Shown: positions 53,001 through 64,000 of the stretch, in pieces
How the letters are laid out: every line of letters begins with the position of its first letter
Numbering within the stretch: position 1 is the first letter of the stretch
Source of the DNA: Schmidtea polychroa
Taxonomy: Eukaryota
Length of the DNA stretch: 64,000 nt
Direction of reading: 5' to 3'
NCBI GenBank assembly: GCA_044892525.1
Contig: CM097885.1
Coordinates: 100,502,001-100,566,000, forward strand
Notes under the pieces: model-generated
Told to the model about the DNA's origin: nothing
The model's database searches: none
Seen by the model: the letters and a program-made list of their open reading frames with translations, nothing else
Made by a program: the position numbers and the translations under genes

Positions 53001-54102
53001 CAATAACAATTACAATAATTTTGGAATTTTTACCATTTCAATTTTTAAAAGAATTTCCTTTTCAATTTTATTGAAATAAAAAAATTACTTAAAGTTGTTA
53101 AGTGTTTTTGCAAATATCTTTCAACACATAAACATATTACATATTTTTTATTTCAATATTGGTTTTGACACATTGTTACAGTTGATGACAGGATTTCTTT
53201 TCAGAAGAAGAAGTGGCATTTTATTGGACAATTCAAACAAAAGCATGGGCAATCAATTGAATTTATTGCTATCTAAAAAACTAATTTTCTTGTCAATCAA
53301 ACAAAGAATTCACACAAATTCAATTTTAATGATTAAAACAATTTTATTCGACAAATTTAGGTTTAGAAACACTTAAAATTGTTACATATTTCAAATGTTA
53401 TAGATGTATCGTAAATAGTTGAATATCTTATTAAGTTGCATGTAATATTGACGTGAATAAATAATTCATTTATAATAAAAATTATTCGTTTTATAATCAC
53501 AGCGTGATAATAAAAAAAAATAATAGTTCTATGTTTTATTTATATTTTATTTCACATATAATTGTTACACAATAAAATCTTATTTTACTGAAATCTCTGA
53601 TTGAAATTGATTAGTATTTTTTTTTAAATATTTGAAATTTTAGATCAGAGTCTTTCAAACGGTGTACTGCGAGACTTTTTTTTCCCAAAAAGGTTTATAT
53701 TAAAAAAATTTACAAAACTATATCAAGCTTTTTACTATGAAAAAGTCACTTCTGTGGATCAAAATTACAAAAGATTTCCCAAAGAGAGGACTACACAAAA
53801 AATAAAAATTTATTTATAAAGAACTACTTCTATTAGAATTTAAAAAACATGATATTTCTTATTTCATTAGCAGTATTCGTCACGTAAATTTACAATAATT
53901 AAGATCAATAAAAAGTAGCTTTTTTTATATATCATTGGAAAATCAAAAAATTTGTAAAAATCTTTGATTTTTGGGCAGGTGTGCCGCGAGCGAGATGTGT
54001 TAGATGTTTGGTTAAATTTTAATAATCCACAAGAAACCATTTTTATTTTCATGTTCGTCATGTTGAAAATAATAAAAAATAATATTAATATTAATGATGT
54101 CG

Positions 54103-54143
<41 letters not shown>
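54103..54143. repeat. (AAT)n microsatellite
   Basis: Direct inspection. Confidence 0.95.
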
Positions 54144-56240
54144 TTTAAATTAATTGATTTTTAAATATTACATTTCTAAAGAATTATTTAGAAATATTTG
54201 TAAAATAAACTACTGTAAATATTGCATTTCGACCGACGAAATTCACTGTCATTTTGTTTATATGAGAAAAATATGTGCGAAATAATTCGGTTTGCCTTGA
54301 TTGAATGTTAATGATTTATTGACACTATTTTAAAATAACAGCGACTTTGTTTGTTGAATAAAATTTTAAATTGAAATAAATCTGACAAATATTTCGTTAA
54401 ATGAACAATGAATGTTTTGCCATTTTACCTTCATACTTTCTATTAAAACTAAATAACAAATTTTGTGTCAGGATTATCTCTAAATTACTTCTGAAAATTG
54501 AATAATATTGAATAAAATTTCATATAATGTACAACTTATACAATTTATATGCAGATAATTACTGAAATAATTTCATTGTGTTAATGCACAATCTAAATTC
54601 AAGAGATCCTAAGATATTTTAATGAAATGAGATACGTAATATTTAACAGCTTTATAAAATAAATAATATCACTGCACAAAATAGAATTTACTTTTAACAT
54701 TGTTTATGTAAAAAATACTTAATAATACTTCAAAATTTATTAAAAAATGTTTATGATATCAAACTAGCATCAAATAGGTTAGTTTAGGAATCATTAATAA
54801 ATCCTTATAATATATTATGATAATAAAAATTAATGGATCTCTATCATGTATCATTCTCTTAACAAATTGGACGACTCAATACAACTTAAAAAATTTAAAC
54901 AAATATATAGAAATAGTAAAAAAAATTAAAGAAGTGAACGAAAATAATAATATAATAAATTATCAAATAAAATATAAAATATAAAATGTAAAATTTGATT
55001 GTAATATTAGTCTTTTATCATAAAAAATAATACTAATAAAAATTACTAATAAAATTTCATTAAATTTCATTTGAATATAACTTACAAAAAAACTTAAAAT
55101 ATTTTTGAATTTACAATTGTGATACAAGGAAAAAATAGATCTCTATTATTAATGAGAATAAAGAAAATGTTAAAAGAAAGAAACTAAAGAATTTACAATT
55201 TGATTATTTAACAATTTTATTTGAATTTCTTTTATCTTTATTTTCCAAACTGTAAAAGATTTATTTAACTATCATGGATTTTCAACACAGCCTTTCTCAA
55301 ATGTAAAGAATAAATAAGTTACTATTTGTTGGATAAATATATATTGAAATTTCAAAAATTTAAACAAAATTAAATCGAAAAATATAGCAAATTAAAATTA
55401 GAAACAATGAATTAAGGTATTTGATGATTACAAGCCATTTGTTGAAAAATCAAAACTGCTAATGAGTCAAGAAAAGATTATTTTACAAGTAATTTAATCA
55501 TTATCTGAATTCAGCAACAATGAAATCTGATCTACGAAGTGAAAGGAGGTTAAAAATGTAATTTTAAAAATATTAATGTCTTGTGTTATTAATAAATATT
55601 AATAATAATATAAAATATTAATAAATGTGTTGAGAAAATATTTTTAAAAAAATTAATTAAATAAATATTTAAAGATATATTAGAATCATTCTAGAAATAA
55701 TCATATTCTTTGAATCATTACAACCAATCATAAGAAGTTATTTATTATTTTATAAAGAAAGAAATATTTTAATTAATAAAATGGTTGTATGACAGATGTT
55801 CTTATTTATTTTCTTTAAAGTTTTAAAATAGTAAAAATTGTAAATCGTATTTACTTATATTAAACATTATTAAAGTTTTAAATTGTATAACTTACAAACA
55901 CATGGTAATATATGTGTTGAATAAATGGGATTAAGTAAATAAAACATTAATCTATTATTTGCATAAGAAAATCGCTATTAAAATTATTCACAAAATCTAT
56001 ATTTAAGACGAATTTCAAACAAAATAAAATATTTCAAATATCTAATGAATCTAATAATTTATGTTAAATGTGATTGAGGAATATATAAAAGTGATATTAC
56101 TGAATTAGTGGATTCTAGATTGATTTGTCTAAAATAATATCCATAATTGTAAAAATATATTTATCCTTTTAAAAAATTAGTTCATAGTCAAACATTCTGA
56201 TTTTTTTTGTTTTAATAAACTTGAATACATCAACAAAGGC

Positions 56241-56244
<4 letters not shown>

Positions 56245-56318
<74 letters not shown>
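56245..56318. repeat. (TA)n microsatellite abutting the hairpin element
   Basis: Direct inspection. Confidence 0.95.
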
Positions 56319-56322
<4 letters not shown>

Positions 56323-56523
56323 TTATTAAAAAGAGAGTTTGAAGACTATAAATCAGTAATATATCGATGTTTGTTCATACTCGCGAATTTTCGGCATTGC
56401 CTTTTGTCAAGTGAATTTATTTCAAGTGACGAGAAATTCACTTGAAAAGGCAAATTCGTGAGTATCAACAAGCATCAATATATTACTGATTTATAGTCTT
56501 CAAACTCTCTTTTTAATAAATTC
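56319..56523. mobile_element. Foldback/hairpin MITE-like element, long version (205 bp)
   Basis: 72-bp inverted arms with 4 mismatches, plus a second internal inverted pair (TGCCTTTTGTCAAGTGAATTT / AAATTCACTTGAAAAGGCA). The arms match 20644-20740. Confidence 0.88.
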
Positions 56524-59500
56524 AATGGAAAAAATAANNNNNNNNNNNNNNNNNNNNNNNNNNNNNNNNNNNNNNNNNNNNNNNNNNNNNNNNNNNNNNN
56601 NNNNNNNNNNNNNNNNNNNNNNNNNNNNNNNNNNNNNNNNNNNNNNNNNNNNNNNNNNNNNNNNNNNNNNNNNNNNNNNNNNNNNNNNNNNNNNNNNNNN
56701 NNNNNNNNNNNNNNNNNNNNNNNNNNNNTGTTAGTGTATTTGTGTTACAACATAAATTAACGTCTGATTAATAAAATGTAATTTGAAAAAAAATAATAAT
56801 CTGTGTTTATACCATAGAAACCTTTACTTTACTTTACAGTTCGAAATATTATAATGAATCTTTAACTTTTGTATTATCAAAAATAATTTTTTTACTCACG
56901 ATTTAGGGATAACTATTCTCATACATATACCAAAATATAAATTATTTTAAGCCATATTAAAAGGATATAATTTTTCAAGTTATATGGTTGACTAACAAAT
57001 AATCTTTAAAGTTTTTACATTTTATCGGTTTTAACAGAAATGAAATTTATTTGCGTTGACTGTAAAAATGTAACAATTATACTTTGTGAGTCTCAATTCT
57101 TTTAGATGAAATGATATTTTATAAGACTCATTCTAATAATTTCAGTAAAACATCACATGACAAATCGTTAGTAAACCATGCAAAATTTATATTTATAATT
57201 TTATGAGTCATATACAGCCGGCATGGCTGAAGGAATATATAAAAATATGAATTTAATAATAATACATTGATGTTTTGAAAAAGAACCTATAAATTCAACG
57301 AAATGGTGCCAAAAGTTCTATGATGAAAGTTCTTATAATGTAAATTATATACGATTTTACTTTTCTTATTTTTATAATTAAAATGAAATAAAATAATTTA
57401 AGACAGAGCTTTTTAATTCTAAACAAATATGCAAAATGAAAGATAGCTGATAATATGTGGTCGATTCTTTACTATTAAAAGATAACTAGTTATTATACGA
57501 TTTACTTCCTCAATAAAAATATTTATATATTTATATTATATTCTTTTAATATATATATTTTCATTTTATATCAACTAAAATGTGAATGAAATTTTTTAAT
57601 TTTTTAAATATATAATTATAATATTTTAAATTTTTTTATTCAAAACCTAATAACTTATGAATAATAATAATATATGGGATATAAAGCTGAAATTTCCCTC
57701 TGCATAGAATTATTAATTTCAATTTGATATGTCAACAGAAACGATTAAAACAAATAAATGAAAATGAATATAATAGGAAATATGTGATTTGATCATGACT
57801 ATTTTAATTAAACTATTTTCTCATTAGAATTACAAATTTATTTAACAAAGTCAGCAAATAATATTTTTCCAATCTCTGCTGATATTTCCGATATAATCTT
57901 CGTATAATAAATAAATAATTTAAGTCTGCAGACAAGAAACAATGAAATATTTTTAGTTCACAAATCTCCCTTACATCTTTCATACGATATGAGTGATTTT
58001 TTTAAATATATTAAAAATTATTAAGCATAGTAATTTTAAAAAAGTGGCTTCCAAATTCGTATATTACCTCAAGATCGTTAGTAATTTAGATAGAAATAAA
58101 GAACTTTAAATTGTTGTTTTTTATTAGAATAAAGATCTGGTACTTATTTTTATACTAAAACAGTATGTACTTTTGATTATTTAAATTGTCCATATTAAGT
58201 TAACGATTTTTTTATATATTCAAAATAGAGAAGAAAGAAAATATTCACCTGCTATTATATTAAGTTTATATTGAGGCTAACACCTGATAAAAATTATGCG
58301 GAAATCTTGGGAACATATTTAATTTAGTTCATTAATGAATTTTTTCTGAAAAATAACAAAAGGAAATAAGAAATATTTATAAAAATATAGTGTGCTACAT
58401 TGTGAAACTTTAAGACAATGTACACCCATGGATAAGAAATACTTTATTACAAAAATACATTATCACTTGTGTATACTAGAAAAACAATTAAGGAATATCT
58501 ATTGTATTTAAACAAAAAAGATTACTATTAAAACATTTTAATGGTCATCGATTTCTAATAGTTTATAATATAATACGTCACAATAGAAATGAATTAATTC
58601 ACCTTGAATTAATTAGTTCAAAATAAAAAATTATTAAAAAAAACATATTTTAGTAAAATTAAATAAATGCCTCATTATATTTTTCCTTATATTTTTATAT
58701 TTATTTATATTCATATTTGATTTAGGATTAAAAAATATACTATTAATTTGATTATCTTAAAGATTTTTCCCAAAGAATGAATTCTTTTATCCATACTTAC
58801 TGACAAGATGGATATCTAAAGGAGAAAAGAAATCTTTCATCCATTCCCATCATAAAATATAATTACATCACCTGGAAAAGGACTCTCGTGGTATTTTCTC
58901 ACCCCACAATGATTGAAGATTGAAATTCTAGTGTCAAATAATTTTATTCAAAAGAATATTTTTTTTTACAATAAATTTTTCGCAATCATTTGATATCCTT
59001 TTAAATTTAAACTATAACAGGAAAATTATTTTAAGTCATAGAGATTTATATTTCTTCAGAAATGTCTATTAGTTAAATAATATCATAAAGAAAATTAACT
59101 AATTATTTTAAAATTATGTATTTAAAGATTTTTTAACTGAATGCACTCAAATTTATTTGATAATATTTTACATTATTATTTTACAATAAGATAAAGGTAA
59201 ATGCGCGTCGTAATTGTATAAATTTTTGTATTTCATTGATATAATACAGTTTTGGTTATTTTTAAATACCTCTATAATATCAAAAAAATAATATCAAAAA
59301 ATATTCTTCCATCTTCCATTAGAAGTCGTATAAAATAAAATGCTCAATCATCAGTAGCCCGAAAAATATCAAAAACAAAAATTAAATATTGAATCAATTT
59401 TGGATCTTTTCTATTTCCGACATTATAAACTTCATATTATAGAATTATCGCATAAATATATTTTAAATAATTAGCAAATTTTTGACGAAATTAATTTACA

Positions 59501-60686
59501 AGACAATATATATTATTACATTGTTAATCAATTTTCATTTTAAATGTCTTTCATTTTAATTTTATTATCACAACCTTTTCAAGTGTTTGTAAAATATTTT
59601 AAAAATATATAAATAAATTTGAATATAAAGTTATATTATGAATGCATTTTTGGTTAAAATCTTTTTGGTTGAATATTTTATATGAACTCCTAACAATTTA
59701 TTTTAATAATTTTGGGAAAATTTATTTTTTTCTTCACTTAGAGTTAATTCTTGACACAATTCTATTTTGAATTATTTTTACTTGCTAGGTAGTTTACACT
59801 CAATCTGAATAACTCTAATTTGTGTAAATGTTCAAAAGACCCTAATTAGAAAACCTTCTATGATCAAACATATAATAATTTATGCTATTATTTTATTGAA
59901 ACTATTTTACAGTATTAATAATTATACCATAATAAAAAAATGGTTATAAATTTTATATGATATATTTTAATATATAAATTGAAATAAACTTTTTGATATT
60001 TGATTTTAATTTTCATCCAATCTTGTTTTAAGTTTATATTTTTCAAATTTTTAATTCAGGGCGAAATTATATGTATTTCATATTTCTTGAAAACATTTAT
60101 AAACAGATTTGGAAATTAATTTTCTTTTGAATTTTTTCTGATAAACTTTTAAAAAATTCTTTAAAAATCAAAATATGATTTTTGGGAAATTTTTAAATTG
60201 ATTAATCACAAATATATTTATCAGAAACAACTTCTTAATGTCAGATTGTGAAATGAAACGACTATCGGTTATAAAATTACTATTTCTTACTATTTTATCA
60301 ATAATAAATTTATTTATTATATGTTTGAATATAATAATTTCTAAATAAATGTATTTTTCCCACAAACTTTTTAAAAAAGACTTAAGACCCATTAAAATAT
60401 ATATAATAGTTAATTAAAATTTTAAAATTTTAGAAAAATTATTTTTTAAGCATATCTGACATTAGTTTTACTTATTTAACTTTTGACTTTATTATCTAAA
60501 TAATGTTTCATCATCTGTACAACACAAATATACCACTAATAACCTTGGCTTGTTTAGTAAATAGACGCCACATAAGCGGATTTATTTTTAAACAGAAAAT
60601 ATATAGGCTTTTTTGTGAAATTCCATTCAGTGTATATGATGAATTTTCAAATGAAATCTGTAAGTTTCTCTCCTGATGTTTTGACG

Positions 60687-60755
60687 CAGGGGTCACCAAC
60701 TCTTTTGGAAAACCGGCCGAATCAAAATTCCAAAATTTATCGCGGGCGGTAAAAT
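60687..60755 (+). mobile_element. hAT-like terminal fragment
   Basis: CAGGGGTCACCAAC followed by GC-rich CCGGCCG/CGCGGGCGG subterminal motifs. The other end was not found. Confidence 0.4.
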
Positions 60756-60977
60756 ATTCTTATTTGAATTCAAGTAGAATATATGTATGTATTTGCATGT
60801 ACTTACAATATTTTTACTTCAACGTACAACTTACGTATGTGATAAAGTGACAACGCTTAATGTTAGAATTTGAAAGAGCCATTTTGAATTCGAGCCAAAC
60901 AATGCATATTATTTAAACAATATCAAAAATAGTTGAAGAAATAATGTTTTTATATTTTTAAATAATTCATCATAACC

Positions 60978-60980
<3 letters not shown>

Positions 60981-61020
<40 letters not shown>
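60981..61020. repeat. (TA)n microsatellite
   Basis: Direct inspection. Confidence 0.95.
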
Positions 61021-61023
<3 letters not shown>

Positions 61024-64000
61024 TCACACATTACAATCATACATTGATAATTATAAATGTACAAATTAAATATAATTAATAATTAAATAAATATATAAAT
61101 ATTCTACTATCACTTTGTACAAGAATAAAACTATGGATATCAGTAAAATAGTTATTTGATATTCAGCAGTTTTTTAATTAACACTTACATTCTTATAGTA
61201 AAATTACATTTTAATGTGATGAGTGTGCTTGTTTTTCAAAAAGCAATGTTTTGAATATCTGGATTGAAATTTGTCGTTTAAATTTGTAATAAATTTCCTA
61301 AACGTGAATTGGTAATATGGGTTACCTTTTTCATTTGACAGCTTTCGTTCTAGAAATTTTCTGCTCACAGATATGTGCACTGCCATTGTTTTTTTATTTT
61401 TGAAAAGTTGTTTTCCGGATCTTCTTGATGAAAATATTTGGTACTTTTTGTTATAGTTAATAGTAAGACATATTTGTACGGAAAAACATTAAATTCGATT
61501 TTTTATTTGAAAAAAAGTATTTATTCAATTAAAAGACTAAGGCCGGTTTAGTGATCGCTGTTTTAATGTATCAATTAAATATTAATTCCGGTTAATTAGC
61601 CAAAGTTTTGGTGATGTTATTAAGCATGGTTTATAAAGTCAGTTTATTAATCAATTAAAATAAGAAAAGTATGATTGGGTTCATAGTGTAAAATTATTAT
61701 TATTTTTGTGTTTCTTTCCATCTAGTATGGATCCTTCGATATTTGTTGCCAAGAATGTCTGAAAGCTCTGCTGCGCATGCTGAACAACTCGGATAAATAA
61801 TGATTAATAAAAAAATACAACGTCGAAAATATTTTATTATTATTCAAAAAACTTGTTATTGAAATTAAAAAATAAGTATTAGGTACTTATTTCCAGCATT
61901 TTAATTATTATATCCAATTAAGAAATTTTTATTTCCATTAATCACTACAAGTATTATAAGGTTATGCTATAAATTAAACATTTACCAGTTGGAATATGAT
62001 TGAATTTAATAGTCATACAAGTCGCTGATATAGTTTAATGACTCTTATCAAAAATTGCTATATCCGGGTTAAGCATTTACAGACCTAATTTCATACAAAT
62101 ATTTATTTTTTAATTTCCTTTTTAAATGATTAGCTAAATCAAATAATTGTGAAAATATTTCATTCAAGTATTTAAAACAATAAATAAGGATTAAAATATT
62201 TATCTCATTCCACTTTAACTGATCAAAAATTATTAACTAATTAAAAATTGATTTCGAATGACATTGTAATATTTTTAATTCAGTAGCATGAGCCGTTTTG
62301 TTAGATCAGGATCTTGTTCATTTTCGAATAATGATCTTTTGTTTTTATTGTAGGTATTGATTCAAAATATTCTGACTTGATAATATTACCGATAATGTAT
62401 TTAATGGTAATACGAATCCCAATCATTATTGTTGTTAAATAAACAACAAATATTTGTATTTTTCTTCATTTACAAAAGTAATAATTCATAAACATCAAAA
62501 TTCGACGAAGTTAAGTTGAAATCGTTTAAGAAAAACATGATATGAAAATAAAATATAAGAATTTTATTTCAACATCAAAATCTAATTTAAAATAATAATT
62601 TAATAAAATTGAAAAGGTTTGGAAAATATATATTTCGTGTGCTGTAAATCTTAAAAATGTGATTTACCAGAATTAGGAGATAAATTTTAGAATCAAACCG
62701 TATTATTACATTGTTCTAGCTGCTTTTGGAAGTGTCAGATTTTTGTTTGAGACTATTTTTGTCTATCTAATAATGTTTTTAGATAAATCTTTGAAGATGC
62801 TATTTGATATTAATGAAGTTTGCATTTTATTTCCCAGTCCGTTAGCTAATACGATGAATTCTTTTTGATGGTTTCTATCCTTGTACTTACCACGTAGATT
62901 TTGATGATGTATAACATACATTAACATTTTTATGAGGTGAGAAGCATTTTAATAATGGGATTTATGATTGCTTTACTGATATAAAAAGTTATAATAAATA
63001 GCAAGTATATTCAGTCCCACTATTGTCACGATCTTTTCCACATTTTGACATTTTAAGAAAATACTATTGTTTTTATATTTAAAAGTATTATTTTTTAATG
63101 AATAATTTCCTATTTCAATATATTTTGAAAGATGTACGAAGAAAAATTAAAAACAAATATGACAAATAAATGTATAAATAATGAAGTATTCTCATTCATA
63201 ATTTCTTCACAGTGTGACAAATTTAAACAATTTATTTAAATAGAAAATTGTATTATCACTATTGAAATAATAAATTTAATTCTCTACAATTGAATGCAAT
63301 TATAACGCATGACAAAGAGAAAAAAACATTTACAAAATAGAAATTATGAAAAAAAAATTCTCATGTACAAAATATATGTATCAAATTTTACCGAGCCCAT
63401 TAAAAATCAAAGTCGACATTTAAAATTAGACAGTAATGGCATAAATCATTTTTATAAAGAATCCAGTTTCAGTATGGCGATACATTTCTGATTTTATGTT
63501 TTCCATTAAAATTTTGATATTATTTAAGTCGCCAATAAATTATTTTTGGGTTATGTGTTTATTCGTAAATTCTAAGAAAAATAAATTTCGTTTAAAATTG
63601 TTTAAATTTTAGAAAACTAGTTTTACTTATGCAAATTAATTGAGTCGTTTAATAACAATAATGATGACAATTTAAAATTTAGTAAAAAACATAAATTGAA
63701 AAATATTTTTCTAAAAGTTTAAATTCTCTGTTTGAATATTATAATACGTTTTAAAAATACAAAGAAAAATTAGAATTTTGACACTCAGTTAATCGGAATT
63801 AATTTAAACAAATTCTTTCACTAGGCATTAATTTCGTTTTCAAAAATCTGAAAATTTCTTCACTTTTTTCAATTTCAATAAAAGAATAAATTATATTCAG
63901 CATTTATCAATAAATGAATTTAAAATAATTTATTGTCGAACAGAAAATGTTTTTCGACAGATCGAAACACTAATAAAATCTTTACTAATCAAAATATTTA

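Noticed and set aside
10758-56734. Long ORFs in the track made mostly of X residues
   Set aside because: They are artefacts of translating through N-gaps (e.g. 10897-11064, 18846-19097, 24641-24847, 38284-38470). The exception is 44104-44481, which contains a real NCX exon.
60511-61500. Upstream NCX exons (ISFENSSYTL; RRSGKQ)
   Set aside because: Only superficial resemblance to Calx-beta or loop sequences, without convincing conserved residues or compatible splice phases.

Overview
Very AT-rich eukaryotic (probably animal) genomic scaffold with 12 N-gaps; no prokaryotic-type genes, RNA genes or CRISPR arrays. One apparently intact host gene was recognised: four minus-strand exons of a Na+/Ca2+ exchanger (NCX/SLC8) between 15461 and 44417, with canonical splice sites, matching phases and a ~21 kb intron. 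The rest is mostly decayed mobile DNA. The most notable structure is 1237-10339, a Polinton/Maverick-type protein-primed DNA polymerase B (pPolB) relic arranged as a large inverted duplication. The left arm starts with an AGTAGT terminus beside a (TA)n tract. The right copy is interrupted by a solo LTR just before catalytic motif C. No integrase, ATPase or capsid gene is linked to it. Also present: two more copies of that LTR, Penelope, Merlin, three pogo/Tigger relics, pogo- and piggyBac-type MITEs, a hairpin MITE family, a ~3.3 kb TIR element rich in TGACTCA motifs, a Ginger-like integrase fragment, Helitron-, hAT- and LINE-like scraps, and pseudogenes of actin and CstF-77. All calls come from manual translation and motif recognition; no database search was run.
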